A stretch of 64,000 nucleotides of DNA from a virus (IMGVR_UViG_3300042332_000715:3211-67210); one strand, 5' to 3'; counted from the stretch's first letter, positions 37,043 to 47,616 are shown. The notes: generated by a model from the letters alone, not told the origin. Program-made: numbers and translations.

Positions 37043-39046
37043 TTTCTTTCTAGCCCGTTTGATTGCTTGTTTCACCGCAATCTTCACGGCGGGCCTAAAG
37101 AAAAACTTCTCTAAACCTCTTGCCTGAGCTTGGTCGCGTAACCAATCAAGTATCTCATCCATGATTTCTTCGCACTTATCGGGGCCGATAGCATCCATCT
37201 TTGCTGCCATTGCGTTGCAAGAACAGTTTTCGGTGGCTGTGATGCCTAGCGTTGCTAAGATTGCCTTGAGTTCCTGCCCGCTTCCGCATGGACGCCCTTC
37301 ATCATCGGACTTGGGCCAAATGACGATAGGCGTCTCTGGCCGTTCGTCCTCAACGCAAGTTAGTACGGTGTAACCGTACTGATCTTGACTATGGTAGGAA
37401 ATAAACCAGTTCGGATTCTTTTTGATGAACATTCGCACCGCGAAGAACATCCCAGGCTTCTTACCATCCTCGCCGGTGATACCGGCATGGTTGACTATAG
37501 CCCCGCGAAGTACGATGTACTTTTTGATTCGAGGACTTAGCTTGTCTAAGATCTCAGTGATTCTACCGTAGGAGTTATCATCGTTAACATAGAGCAAGTC
37601 GAAGTCCCGATCTAGATCGGGGATCGGATCGCTCACTTGTCTAGGGACGTTGATGTATTCGGTCAACCGTCCAGCACCTTTGGCAACGGTTTCACCGATG
37701 ATATCAAGTAAGGTATCCTGCTCACTTTGGTATGAAACGAGCGTAGAAGGCGACGTACAGTCGCAGCTACCTCCATTAGTGCATGATCCCGAGCACTTAA
37801 CCCGATCAAGCCCCGCCGCCCAGAACAGCGTCGTTTCACGACGTTTGTTCAATTCAACAATGCTGTTACATTTGGTTCCTAACTCGACGTACTTAGCGAA
37901 ATGCTGTTCCGCATCCCGTGGTTCGCTAGCAACTTCAACGGCCATGCCGTTTAGATTGGTTGCAACAATCGGTAGCTTCATTCCGAGGTTGGAAAGCATT
38001 ACAGGCTTCATATTGCTTGGGGCCGTGTTTGGAGCCCAATTGGAATAGGGATCGTAGTTGATCGGATCAGCCACGCACTTGTCCCATTCTTCCTGCTTGA
38101 CCTTTATATCCTCTACGAAGTGCTTGCGGACTTGTTCTAGGTCTAGACCTAGCTCCATGAATTCAAGCACGTAGTTTCGCATCTTGCCGACTGTGGTGAT
38201 TGGATACCGTGGGCCTTCGGGACGCCCGAAGCGGTGGTTCCATCCCATGAAGGGAAGGCATAAGGTCTTGCGACCTGCTTGCCTGTACTTCTCATGGATA
38301 TAGCATTCCTCGCCGCCGAAGTGTTTGTGGTGCGGATTGAACCCGAGCCAGTGTTCCTTGGCTGCGATGAATAGTCCTAGCCCTTGGGCTGGCACTTCGA
38401 AAATGTCGTCATCGGCTACGCCTGCCTCGGTGAAACCGAGTTTGCGGAGTGCCATTTCGTGCCCCGGCCAGCCGTGGTTGAATTCCAGTTCGTAGTTGTC
38501 CGTCATTACCTGCTTGAGCTGGACCTTAGTGCCGTCCTCGGACGGCTTGGCAACGTAGTATTTGCCGTCTTTCTTCCAGGCATTAGCCCACGTTCCCCAC
38601 ATTTCGCCACGCCATTCGCACTCAAAGTGCGTTTGTTGGTAGTTCAACGTGTCCATAAGCAGCGGGCCTGTGAACATATTCTTCTTCATTTGCTCGTCGG
38701 CCTTTTCCCAGAAAGCCTTCAGCTTTGCGATGGCTCCGGCCTTGAGCATGACGTGGCAGTCCATGACCACTACTAGCTCGCCTTTGGCGAGTTCGAATAG
38801 GTGGTGGCGTGTCCGGCTGGTGCCGGTATCGCCTTCTAACGTATGGTAGGAGATAGGAACGCCAGTTCCTTGGATGTTTTCGATGAATTGGCGTGTATCG
38901 CGTCCGTGGATATGCTCAGGTGCATTATCCAAAACGATGATCTCGCAATCAGTAAGATCCTGGTACATACGCAACGCCTGGACTGTAGAGAAAACTCCGT
39001 AGAAGTCCGTATGGGTTGCCATGCAAAGCGACAGCTTTATTGACAT
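37019..39046 (-). CDS. multidomain glycosyltransferase (GT2-like N-terminus, possible methyltransferase-like domain, Cys-containing C-terminal domain); last gene of the virion operon
   Basis: IIVLDN, VVVMDCHV, GLGLF, FGGEE; DFDLLYV; CSC..M...MD. Confidence 0.75.
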   Translation of the reverse strand: MSIKLSLCMATHTDFYGVFSTVQALRMYQDLTDCEIIVLDNAPEHIHGRDTRQFIENIQGTGVPISYHTLEGDTGTSRTRHHLFELAKGELVVVMDCHVMLKAGAIAKLKAFWEKADEQMKKNMFTGPLLMDTLNYQQTHFECEWRGEMWGTWANAWKKDGKYYVAKPSEDGTKVQLKQVMTDNYELEFNHGWPGHEMALRKLGFTEAGVADDDIFEVPAQGLGLFIAAKEHWLGFNPHHKHFGGEECYIHEKYRQAGRKTLCLPFMGWNHRFGRPEGPRYPITTVGKMRNYVLEFMELGLDLEQVRKHFVEDIKVKQEEWDKCVADPINYDPYSNWAPNTAPSNMKPVMLSNLGMKLPIVATNLNGMAVEVASEPRDAEQHFAKYVELGTKCNSIVELNKRRETTLFWAAGLDRVKCSGSCTNGGSCDCTSPSTLVSYQSEQDTLLDIIGETVAKGAGRLTEYINVPRQVSDPIPDLDRDFDLLYVNDDNSYGRITEILDKLSPRIKKYIVLRGAIVNHAGITGEDGKKPGMFFAVRMFIKKNPNWFISYHSQDQYGYTVLTCVEDERPETPIVIWPKSDDEGRPCGSGQELKAILATLGITATENCSCNAMAAKMDAIGPDKCEEIMDEILDWLRDQAQARGLEKFFFRPAVKIAVKQAIKRARKKLANGKCS

Positions 39047-39112
39047 AGAAATTCCTTATGGGTAAGAGACTGAATCAGTATACCTGATTCCGTCGTAAAT
39101 TGCAAGAGCCTA

Positions 39113-42100
39113 CTAGAGCGGGGGCGGTGCCCCAGTAGTGGTTGTTGTGGTTGTGGTTGTGGTTGTGGTTGTGGTTGTGGTAGGGGCTGGTGTGGTCGTA
39201 GCCACGCAGCCGCAAGAACCGCAACTGAACTCAGTGCCAGGAGGGCAAATCCCAACTGGACCTGAACTGCAACCACACTGGAAGGCCCAGCAGCTATCGC
39301 ACGGATTAGGGGTAGTCGTAGGAGGCGTTCCCGTAGTTGTCGTAGTAGTCGTGGTACTGGTCCCTGGACCTACGGTAGTCGTAGTCGTACTGGTGGTTGT
39401 AGTCGTAGTTGTAGGGCCTTCGCACGCATTACAGTTAGATATTACTACGCCGCCATCGGCGATGCAGGCACTTGAACCGTATCCAACATAGCAATAGGCC
39501 GGGCTGCTATTACGGAAGCAACAATCCGCTAGCGGGTTATTAGTGGTTGTAGTAGTGGTAGGCGGTGTGAACGTCGTAGTCGACGTAGTCGATGTTGACG
39601 CTAGACCACAAGGATCGGTACTGCAATCTTGATTAACAAAGAATAGCCCTCCGATTTGGTTACAGGGAGTCCGCTCGGTGTCGTTGAGGCATTGCCACGT
39701 AGGAGCGGCGGTGCCCATGCGAGAAGCAACACAGCAAGCACCTTTAGGTATTGCAGTTGTCGTAGGGGATGCACAAGAGCTACCTAAATTGGAGCAATTA
39801 CATGGGCCAGGACCGGGCCATCCCGTACAGTTCGTAAAGCGAACCTCTACAGCTTTGGGAAGGCTTGGGTTCTCTGGATTCGTCGGATTTTTACCTACGG
39901 CACATGCACAATCGCAAGTGTCATCCACGCAGAACCAGCTACCATTAGTCGTGAACCTATGGCAGCAGACGCCACGTCTAGCTGTAGGGCAGGTAACATT
40001 GCTGCAAGGCGGCTGTGTAGTAGGATTTTGAGTAGTCGGAGGAAATACATATCCGCATGCCACTGTTATCGTATCACAAGATCCACTTATAGGCAGCGTT
40101 ACGCTGCTAGCGGGCGGGCAGGCACAATTAGTTGGGCATTTATTATCCCGCAATGTCCAGGTGTTAGATACTGTGGAGGAGTACCGGCAATAGCCGGTAA
40201 GGCAAGGGTCTGGTGTCGAACTGCAACAACCGCAAGGATTAGGGGTAGTCGATGTTGTTGATGTCACTTGGCTGCTGCACATGGTTATAGCGGTACGCAC
40301 GCAATCCGATCCAGATCCCGATGGGGGCGGATTAGCCGCTGCATCGCTAGGTCTGGGGCAACCGCAATTAGTGCTGTACAGCACATCATTTGTACCGTTG
40401 CTGCCGGTAATGCCCGTATCAGCGGGAGGCACGCAAGAAGCACTTATCGATCCATTATTACCTGTGGTTAAATTAAAGGTCCAGCCAGAAAAGTAATAGG
40501 TACTGCCGCTTTGCAGTAACCAAAGACCTGTCCAAGAACAAACGCCGGAGCAAGTAGGATCAGGCGGAGGTCCAGGAGGCTCATCCTTAACGCATTTAAT
40601 CGTACCGCAAAGCGGTGGCTCACCCTCTATTATACGTCTATACCCAGGAGGGCATGTCCCGCCGCTAGGGGGCTGTGTGGATTGTGTAGGGCATATACAT
40701 ACCCTACCGTCAGTGCCGATGCACTGATTGGGTGCGTTTGTAGTGCTAGGGGTACTAGTAGACGTTGATGTAGTTGTGTTAGAAGGGAAACACGGAAGGC
40801 CATCAGACGGTGGAACCGTCGTTTGGCTTACGCCGCTAGGGAATACTGCTGCCCCTTCTTTACTACAAACTGTTCTAGTGCATTCGAATGGTTTGGGACA
40901 GAAACTCGGGCGGCTACATCCGCAATGGGGATTTCTAGTAGTGGTACTAGTCGTCGAAGTAGTTCCAGGCGGTAATGGGGGATCTATGACTGTTGGCGGG
41001 AATATGCGGCCTCGCTTACATTGATCGCAATCGAAATCACTGAATTGCCTGCATTGTGTATAGTAGATGTACGTATTGGTTTCTACATCCAGCCACGCGC
41101 CTTCATCCGTACCGTCTCCGGTGACTATGCCCCTGCCGTTATTGGTGTCAATCCAGATTGGCGGTGGATTAAACGGTCTGTATCCTTCGGGGCAAGTGAC
41201 ACATTGAAACCAGTTAGCTACGAACTGGTTTGTATCCCTATCCACCCGAATCGTACCGTCACGCGACAGTTTATTCACGCCGTCTATTTTCCATAAATCT
41301 AGCTGCCTATCGTAAGGGTAGGCTCTGTATATAGCATACTTCTGGCTGTCCTGCTGGTTGGCACTTATGTCTATTAGATTTTGCATCTGCTCGCCTCGCG
41401 GTTCGTCGCAAGGTGATGCCACGCAAGGTGATTCAAAGACAGACGCTAGTTTATCCCAATTATGCTCACGCAAATAGACAAAATCGCGGAAAAGCGGATA
41501 CTTACCGTCTGGGCATTGCTTACAATTCTGCCATGTACCAAACTCTGCCCCTTGGCGGTTTATAGCCGATCTGTAGGTATCTGGACTGGCCGTACCGAAT
41601 ATAAAATCAGCTTGGCTACATGGCGAAGAATTCGGGGCTGGTGTGGTCGGAGCCGGTGTGGTGGTCGGCCCTGTGCCTATGCAATTAGACACTAACTCGC
41701 CTTCGACGAGAAAGCAGGGGTCGCCTAATCCATAACAGGTGCAACCTGTAGGACATACAGATCCGTCTTTAAGTGCGTATCTAAACCTTTGGTACGGTGT
41801 AGGTACTCCATACTCGTTAGGGGCAGGGGTTGTGGACGTATCTATGCAAACTAAAGTACATTTAGTGTTGATACACGGCGAAACCGTGACGGGAGGCTCC
41901 AATCCGTTGTCTCCTGGATTGTTGGGATCATAAGACGTAGTAGGAGAGCTGGTCGTCGTAGTGGTGGTCGATGTAACATTCTGGCACCCGCCAGTAGGCA
42001 TTTGCCATACACCGTGCTGGTCAGCCTGCCAAAAACAATCTCCTTCACATCCGTAACTAGCTGTATGTGTATCTCCTGGATTTTGGCCTGGGCGTAAGGT

Positions 42101-42529
42101 AGTATTGCTTGCCGACACTACATCAGGTTTTTCACAACTCCAAGATCCGTCTTTTTTCTGCCATATCTGTGTGATATCATTCTGATTCCGCGAGTGATAA
42201 TCACTGACCGGAACGCGTACCGGAACTCCGTTAATGTCCAATACCGGTTCTAGTATAGAACCTCCTATAAGATTCTGCTGTTTTGTGCTTCGCCATAAAC
42301 AGCAATAGCTCGGCATAGTAGATACGGACAAAGAACCATCCGGCAGTCGCTCTTGCTTACCTGCTTGAATGCCTACCTCGCAAGTAGGCAAAGCCCAATA
42401 GCTGTCGCCTTCTTCATGTACTACCTTCTGGCTCTCTTTGATCGGATTCGGAGGCGGAGCAGAGTATTGCCTAGAAAGCAAGGCGGCGATTTCACGCCGA
42501 TCTGCTTCATTGAGAAGGTATTTTTTCAT
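39113..42529 (-). CDS. mucin-like Thr/Pro- and Cys-rich putative tail fibre or adhesin
   Basis: 1138 aa with many poly-Thr tracts separating Cys-rich modules; located after tape-measure and hub genes. Confidence 0.7.
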   Translation of the reverse strand: MKKYLLNEADRREIAALLSRQYSAPPPNPIKESQKVVHEEGDSYWALPTCEVGIQAGKQERLPDGSLSVSTMPSYCCLWRSTKQQNLIGGSILEPVLDINGVPVRVPVSDYHSRNQNDITQIWQKKDGSWSCEKPDVVSASNTTLRPGQNPGDTHTASYGCEGDCFWQADQHGVWQMPTGGCQNVTSTTTTTTSSPTTSYDPNNPGDNGLEPPVTVSPCINTKCTLVCIDTSTTPAPNEYGVPTPYQRFRYALKDGSVCPTGCTCYGLGDPCFLVEGELVSNCIGTGPTTTPAPTTPAPNSSPCSQADFIFGTASPDTYRSAINRQGAEFGTWQNCKQCPDGKYPLFRDFVYLREHNWDKLASVFESPCVASPCDEPRGEQMQNLIDISANQQDSQKYAIYRAYPYDRQLDLWKIDGVNKLSRDGTIRVDRDTNQFVANWFQCVTCPEGYRPFNPPPIWIDTNNGRGIVTGDGTDEGAWLDVETNTYIYYTQCRQFSDFDCDQCKRGRIFPPTVIDPPLPPGTTSTTSTTTRNPHCGCSRPSFCPKPFECTRTVCSKEGAAVFPSGVSQTTVPPSDGLPCFPSNTTTSTSTSTPSTTNAPNQCIGTDGRVCICPTQSTQPPSGGTCPPGYRRIIEGEPPLCGTIKCVKDEPPGPPPDPTCSGVCSWTGLWLLQSGSTYYFSGWTFNLTTGNNGSISASCVPPADTGITGSNGTNDVLYSTNCGCPRPSDAAANPPPSGSGSDCVRTAITMCSSQVTSTTSTTPNPCGCCSSTPDPCLTGYCRYSSTVSNTWTLRDNKCPTNCACPPASSVTLPISGSCDTITVACGYVFPPTTQNPTTQPPCSNVTCPTARRGVCCHRFTTNGSWFCVDDTCDCACAVGKNPTNPENPSLPKAVEVRFTNCTGWPGPGPCNCSNLGSSCASPTTTAIPKGACCVASRMGTAAPTWQCLNDTERTPCNQIGGLFFVNQDCSTDPCGLASTSTTSTTTFTPPTTTTTTNNPLADCCFRNSSPAYCYVGYGSSACIADGGVVISNCNACEGPTTTTTTTSTTTTTVGPGTSTTTTTTTTGTPPTTTPNPCDSCWAFQCGCSSGPVGICPPGTEFSCGSCGCVATTTPAPTTTTTTTTTTTTTTTTGAPPPL
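39137..39181. repeat. (GTGGTT)n microsatellite encoding the C-terminal poly-Thr
   Basis: about 6 hexamer units read directly. Confidence 0.8.
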
Positions 42530-42532
42530 TGT

Positions 42533-42988
42533 TTACTCGGTAACTGGATATGCAGTAATCGACAGTAATGCAGTCGCGGACTCTGCCTTAGCGAAAACAG
42601 GAAATGGGTATTCTACCACACTCGCTCTGCGATGCCGTAAAATACCGACTACTACGCCGTCAGCATTAGTTAATGTAATCTTATTCAAAGCCATTGCTTC
42701 TTTCAAGGCGTCTGGCGAGTCTTTGGCTATTTTTACTGGATCGTGCGATAGAATGAGCATACATTTACCCCATTCACAGGGGCCGATGTTTAGTTCGACA
42801 GCATTAGACGGACTGATCTTCTGTGCCGTTTGGAAGGCTTCTGCTTCCTGCGGATTTGTGTAATCAAACGCGTGAGTAACAGATTTCATGGAAGATACGG
42901 CATACTCCTCGTATCTACCGTTAATGATGATCGTTGCACGATCATTACTGAAGCCTTTGGCTTCCTGATTGAGTGTGTTTATTTCCAT
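42533..42988 (-). CDS. hypothetical tail-region protein
   Basis: position in the virion operon. Confidence 0.65.
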   Translation of the reverse strand: MEINTLNQEAKGFSNDRATIIINGRYEEYAVSSMKSVTHAFDYTNPQEAEAFQTAQKISPSNAVELNIGPCEWGKCMLILSHDPVKIAKDSPDALKEAMALNKITLTNADGVVVGILRHRRASVVEYPFPVFAKAESATALLSITAYPVTE

Positions 42989-42989
42989 G

Positions 42990-43943
42990 TTAACTCAGTG
43001 AGCTTGGGATACCTAAAAGTAGTAAATTGCCTTGATAGTGAACTTGGGGCGTTTGGATATACTGGGGATCTCGGTAGACTGGCTGGCCGAAATCGTCATA
43101 CCCTGTTTGCTTTAGCTGCCTGCCAAGGAAGTCCAGCGGGACTGATACGTTCTCGTCTGTCGACGACTTCGCGGGTATGAATGACTTGGGGTCTAGGTAA
43201 CTGCCTGAGCCGCCATAGACCTTTGTGCCTTCTGCCGGAACAGGTTTATCAAAGCCTTGTATATCAAACTCGAATGTGTACGTAGTCGTGAAGTAGTAGA
43301 AGCAACTACCGTAGACCTTTCTAGACCATTTAGCGTCCGCAAATCTAACGCAACGGGCAGGTAAACCCCACAGCGGAGCGTCATTGAGCTTATTCACCAA
43401 TTGCACGTAAGTAGACAGAGGCAACGTGACCGAATTAAAAGTTATGTTGATCGTCGGGTACGCGTATCTATATTCTACAGCAGGTCCAGTAATTGGCTCA
43501 AAGTTTGGATGGCGAAGCGGTTTGCCGAATCTATCTAAGCTGGCTTGTCTGGCTTCGTGTACGAAGTCGCCGCTAATATCCACTGGCTCAAGTAGCGGAT
43601 TTTCGACTGGGAATGTCTGGCAACGCCACGATTGCTTGGTAGACCAATACTGCGTGATTACCCAATTAGTATACGGTCCTAGTTCTTTAACGTCGCGGTG
43701 CGGAGCTATGTTAAGCTGCGGCGTACAGAACGCCCATAGATCATTGCCCGTCACAGCGGGCCATAATGCGGTAAGATTAAAAGGCGATCCTACCGCAAAG
43801 AGCGGCCAGTTGTTGAGGATGAATGCTATGTTATCGTGCTGCGAAAACGTCTGTATATGCCAATCGATCTCATAGTAACGATGACCTTCATCGTCTCTAT
43901 TGAATCGCTGGGCGATTGGACCTACTACTCGCGGTGCCGTCAT
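42990..43943 (-). CDS. distal tail / hub-like protein
   Basis: immediately after the tape measure gene; aromatic beta-rich composition. Confidence 0.55.
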   Translation of the reverse strand: MTAPRVVGPIAQRFNRDDEGHRYYEIDWHIQTFSQHDNIAFILNNWPLFAVGSPFNLTALWPAVTGNDLWAFCTPQLNIAPHRDVKELGPYTNWVITQYWSTKQSWRCQTFPVENPLLEPVDISGDFVHEARQASLDRFGKPLRHPNFEPITGPAVEYRYAYPTINITFNSVTLPLSTYVQLVNKLNDAPLWGLPARCVRFADAKWSRKVYGSCFYYFTTTYTFEFDIQGFDKPVPAEGTKVYGGSGSYLDPKSFIPAKSSTDENVSVPLDFLGRQLKQTGYDDFGQPVYRDPQYIQTPQVHYQGNLLLLGIPSSLS

Positions 43944-43955
43944 ATTCGTATTCTG

Positions 43956-46421
43956 CTATACTAAAGCAGCCTCCTCTATGTTTCCGTCTAAGGGTAAGGT
44001 GGAGCCGCGTGTGTTACGCTCGATTCGCCCCAGCAGATCTTCCATTTTCTGGTTGGGGTTTTTCTTTTCGTCTATTTTCATCATAGCTGCTTGGTCTTGG
44101 CCGTACTGATACATACGCATAGCATGATCTGCTGATCCTAGTACCGCATGTTCACGTAACTTTGCTGGGTCTGCCGCTTCGCCCTCTCCGGCACCTTTTA
44201 CGAATTTCTTAAAATCAATATCAGGCTTATCCTTTAGGGTCGAATCTATATCTGGCGGTAGGAAAGGCTTTAACGCTTCTTTTATTTTATCTACGCCCAA
44301 CATATCGTTCATATTCGGCCCATCGAATTTGAACATGCTAGTATCGTACTCAGCCTTAATACCTGCTATATCCGCCATCTGCTTACGTAGATTTTCAGTC
44401 AAGTTGAGTACAGAGTCCGGTATTTGCGTTCCAAATGCGTATGCAATTGTATTTGCTAGCCACATTATAGGATCGTAAAGCATATACAATGGTGTGAGTA
44501 TACCGTCGATTATCATTAGCCCCCAGTTGTTGGCTATGAAATCGAATATAGCTGATATGTTATGCCCGAAATTATACATAAATCCTAACAAATACCCGAA
44601 CGCTGTCATAGCGTCTGTGGCTAAGCCCCAGAATCCCCTTTCGTTACGTACTGCGGCGATGGCTAATCCTATACCTGCAATAGCTATTATGAGCCAGCCT
44701 ATAGGACCGATGGCTGCGATCCACGCTAATACCATACCTGATCGAAGTAACGCTATACTGGCCGTGACTGCTTGTATAGCCAAGCGGAGCGGTGCAAATA
44801 AAAGCATTAGCGATCCTAATAGCCATTTCGTTGTAGCCAGTGCAGCACCCAATAAATGAAATCCTACAACGTATTTAAGTATCTGAATACCAAGTAGTAC
44901 GTACTGCTTGACGACTTCCTTATTTGCCTTCATCCACCCTACGGTAGCTGTTGTGTATCGCACAACCGTTTCGAGTCCTTTCTTTAAGTCGTCGGCAAAC
45001 GTCTCAGTGATCTGAATCTTAATGAGGTCTAGCGTTTCAAGAAACTGGTTGGCCCAGCCCGTCAAGCTCTTAGCTTGCTCCGCTGTAACGCCTGCAAAAT
45101 CGCCTCCCTTGGCTGTTTCGACTTCGAGAGCTGCTTTAATTATATCTGAATCTAACTGCCTTTTACGCATAGCAGTTAGCAGGAAGTCCATCTGCTTCTC
45201 TATCTCCTCGTCTGTGGCTACGCCCTTGCCTCCGGCAAGTTCCCTAGCGGCGGTCTTTAATGGATTGAAGCCCGCGTTAACCATCTGACGTAATTCTTGT
45301 CCCTGTAGTCGCCCGAATCCCGTAGCTTGCCCTACTGCCAAGCCGAGTGACTTTAGCTTGTCTGTATTCCCCCCTGCAACGTCTCCGAGCATCCGAGTCA
45401 GCTCCATAGCATTCTCGGCAGACTGCCCGTATTTCATCATAATAGACGTGGCCTCAAGTACGCCTTCTAGCTTATACGGCGATTGAATAGCGAACTGCTG
45501 CATCTCCTCGACGACTTTCTTAGCCGCTTCTGCCGATCCCGCATACGCACGCATTTGAATGGTGGCGTTTTCTACTTCTGCGTATGGCGTCAGGAAATCC
45601 TTGCCCATAGACACCATGTTCTGTAATGCTCCGGTATGCATGAACATATCTGCTCTTGCACCCATCATACCGCCACCTCCCCCTCCTCCGCCGCCAGTGG
45701 AGCCTCGGCGTCTATTACGGAAAGGGGGGAAGTTCGTGAGGCTTGCATTGGCGTTAGCCATGTATTGACGCATAAGCCTCTGCATCGCCGCGTGGAATGT
45801 ACGCGCAAATGCTCTGTATTGATTACCTGATGAGGCCGCTAATAGCGATGCAGATATGCCTTGGACTAAGAGGCGTAGAACTTGGCGTACAGTAGCGAGG
45901 AGGAGCCTTCGTACCATTCCGACGTACGGAACACTCGAAGCGATATTAGCCGCAGCGGCGACCGCTACATTACCCACGACTTGTGTGATGGCACGTAAAA
46001 GTGGTCGGACAGCTCTGCGTATCTGGGCGGTAACGCTTCTAGATCCTGCCGTGTTGGCTGGCATGGACGACACCACACTTTGGATGTATGCGGTAATGCC
46101 TGTATTTATGGCCCTTACTGCTTGGCGGAAAGTGTATTGTATCTGCCTCTTGCCTACACTAGTCGACCCTATGTTGGTCGTTATGTTCTTTATGTTGGCC
46201 GAGATCGCTTTCGCTACTGCGGCGGTGCCTTGCTTTACCGCATCCCTTACGGTTCTCCGTATGAACCTTGTGTTGACCCCACTCCCTGATGCGGCGGCGT
46301 TAAACACCTGTTGGACCTGCTTCAGTCCCGCAATGGTGTCTGCCACTATCCGTTTAGCATGGGAGTTATCTCCCATGATTTTAATGACAAGTGGCGGTAG
46401 TTCGCGTTTAGGTCCGGTCAT
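43956..46421 (-). CDS. tail tape measure protein
   Basis: FAIQSPY, MLGDVAGG, GRLQGQELRQMVNAGFNP tape-measure domain; Ala/Gly-rich with hydrophobic stretches. Confidence 0.92.
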   Translation of the reverse strand: MTGPKRELPPLVIKIMGDNSHAKRIVADTIAGLKQVQQVFNAAASGSGVNTRFIRRTVRDAVKQGTAAVAKAISANIKNITTNIGSTSVGKRQIQYTFRQAVRAINTGITAYIQSVVSSMPANTAGSRSVTAQIRRAVRPLLRAITQVVGNVAVAAAANIASSVPYVGMVRRLLLATVRQVLRLLVQGISASLLAASSGNQYRAFARTFHAAMQRLMRQYMANANASLTNFPPFRNRRRGSTGGGGGGGGGMMGARADMFMHTGALQNMVSMGKDFLTPYAEVENATIQMRAYAGSAEAAKKVVEEMQQFAIQSPYKLEGVLEATSIMMKYGQSAENAMELTRMLGDVAGGNTDKLKSLGLAVGQATGFGRLQGQELRQMVNAGFNPLKTAARELAGGKGVATDEEIEKQMDFLLTAMRKRQLDSDIIKAALEVETAKGGDFAGVTAEQAKSLTGWANQFLETLDLIKIQITETFADDLKKGLETVVRYTTATVGWMKANKEVVKQYVLLGIQILKYVVGFHLLGAALATTKWLLGSLMLLFAPLRLAIQAVTASIALLRSGMVLAWIAAIGPIGWLIIAIAGIGLAIAAVRNERGFWGLATDAMTAFGYLLGFMYNFGHNISAIFDFIANNWGLMIIDGILTPLYMLYDPIMWLANTIAYAFGTQIPDSVLNLTENLRKQMADIAGIKAEYDTSMFKFDGPNMNDMLGVDKIKEALKPFLPPDIDSTLKDKPDIDFKKFVKGAGEGEAADPAKLREHAVLGSADHAMRMYQYGQDQAAMMKIDEKKNPNQKMEDLLGRIERNTRGSTLPLDGNIEEAALV

Positions 46422-46732
46422 CTTTCCTTAACTCCGAAAATGGCAAGGAATGCCTCTTTCATTTCTTCATCACCTAGTTTACGTTTACGGGGCTGTTCGA
46501 ATTTAATTAAATGATCTTCGAGTTTCGTTTTAGCCCCGCCCATCGTGCGGTAAACTGCTTGAGCAGTGGCCGCTTGGTAGTATTCCCACTTTTCCACTTT
46601 TCCTCGCCTAATAACAAAATAGGCTTGCCACTTCTCGAACTCCTCGACGGTTGTGTACCGTTTAGCGAGTTGGACAGGCAAGCCTAGTTCATGTGCTAGG
46701 TTGTACCAAAGGTACTCCTCATCACTTAGGAC
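46418..46732 (-). CDS. tail assembly chaperone, -1 frameshift extension (gpT-like)
   Basis: the -1 frame after the slippery site reads VLSDEEYLWYNLAHELGLPVQLAKRY... to the stop at 46418. Confidence 0.8.
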   Translation of the reverse strand, partial: VLSDEEYLWYNLAHELGLPVQLAKRYTTVEEFEKWQAYFVIRRGKVEKWEYYQAATAQAVYRTMGGAKTKLEDHLIKFEQPRKRKLGDEEMKEAFLAIFGVKER

Positions 46733-47082
46733 TTTTTTGGGTCGGCTTCTCCGTCATCGCTCCGATCCATCTTATTGAGCTTCAAGGCTAGTTTGTGTAG
46801 CTCTTGTAGCGTTTCATCTGGCCAAGTCTTTAGCACATCTTTGGCTACCAACTTACCGTCTGGACCCTTCAAGCACCTGCAAAGCAGATCAGTGAATTGG
46901 CCAGTAAAGTCGTTGAACTTTACCACGTTGCCGTCTTTGTCGAGATCGACTTTAGCGGCTTGTGATACGCGGAAATCGTCTGCCTGTTCACCAGTAAGCT
47001 GGCACAGCTTGTAGGTGACTTCAACATCATCGTCTCCGACGATAACGACAGGCTCGGACTTAGTTTTGATTGAAAATAACAT
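46726..47082 (-). CDS. tail assembly chaperone (gpG-like)
   Basis: between the tail tube and tape measure genes; ends GAC CCA AAA AAG TCC TAA. Confidence 0.82.
   Translation of the reverse strand: MLFSIKTKSEPVVIVGDDDVEVTYKLCQLTGEQADDFRVSQAAKVDLDKDGNVVKFNDFTGQFTDLLCRCLKGPDGKLVAKDVLKTWPDETLQELHKLALKLNKMDRSDDGEADPKKS
46732..46741 (-). other. programmed -1 ribosomal frameshift site (C CCA AAA AAG)
   Basis: A AAA AAG heptamer in the canonical G/GT position with an open -1 frame. Confidence 0.82.
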
Positions 47083-47100
47083 ACACGTCTCGCAAGAGTA

Positions 47101-47137
47101 AAAGAAACAAAGAATCGGCGGTCACTAGCCGCCGATT
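47101..47137 (-). terminator. terminator after the tail tube gene
   Basis: stem AATCGGCGG / CCGCCGATT followed by a U-rich tail on the - strand. Confidence 0.7.
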
Positions 47138-47160
47138 TATAGTTAGACTGAAAGTCAGGA

Positions 47161-47616
47161 CTACGGTGCAACCGTAGTGGTCGTACCGGTGGTGTAAACG
47201 TAACCGAATTCAGCAGGCGGATTGCTGGTGGTCAAGTTGCTTGGCTTCAAGGTCAAAGTAGCCGTAGGCTTCTCGTTGATAGTAAGAGCCGAAGGCTCTA
47301 AGCCTTGAACGATGCAGTAAACGAGCAAGCTGGAACCATCGCGGAATCGGATAGTAACTGCTCGGTTTTGGCGAGCGACCGCTTTGATCTGATCGAATGC
47401 TCCGACCGCGTAGTGGACAGTAACGCTGACATCGCCCATAGTGAGCAAAGCACCGCCTAGAAATGTCCGCCAGTTGTTATTGAGCATATTAGTCTGCTCA
47501 ACTGGATCGTCCGACATGATCGAAGGTGGCGTGATGTCTACTGGTTCGAAAAGTGCCGAAACGCCGTCGATGGCAATCGTGGTTTTGAAACCATTGGACA
47601 GGATTGTGTTTGACAT
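47161..47616 (-). CDS. major tail (tube) protein
   Basis: size, position before the chaperone and terminator, DITPP and TATLTLKPS motifs. Confidence 0.75.
   Translation of the reverse strand: MSNTILSNGFKTTIAIDGVSALFEPVDITPPSIMSDDPVEQTNMLNNNWRTFLGGALLTMGDVSVTVHYAVGAFDQIKAVARQNRAVTIRFRDGSSLLVYCIVQGLEPSALTINEKPTATLTLKPSNLTTSNPPAEFGYVYTTGTTTTVAP

Noticed and set aside
39138-39491. Poly-Val ORF and other + strand ORFs across 37-59 kb
   Set aside because: Antisense shadows of the Thr-rich and structural genes.
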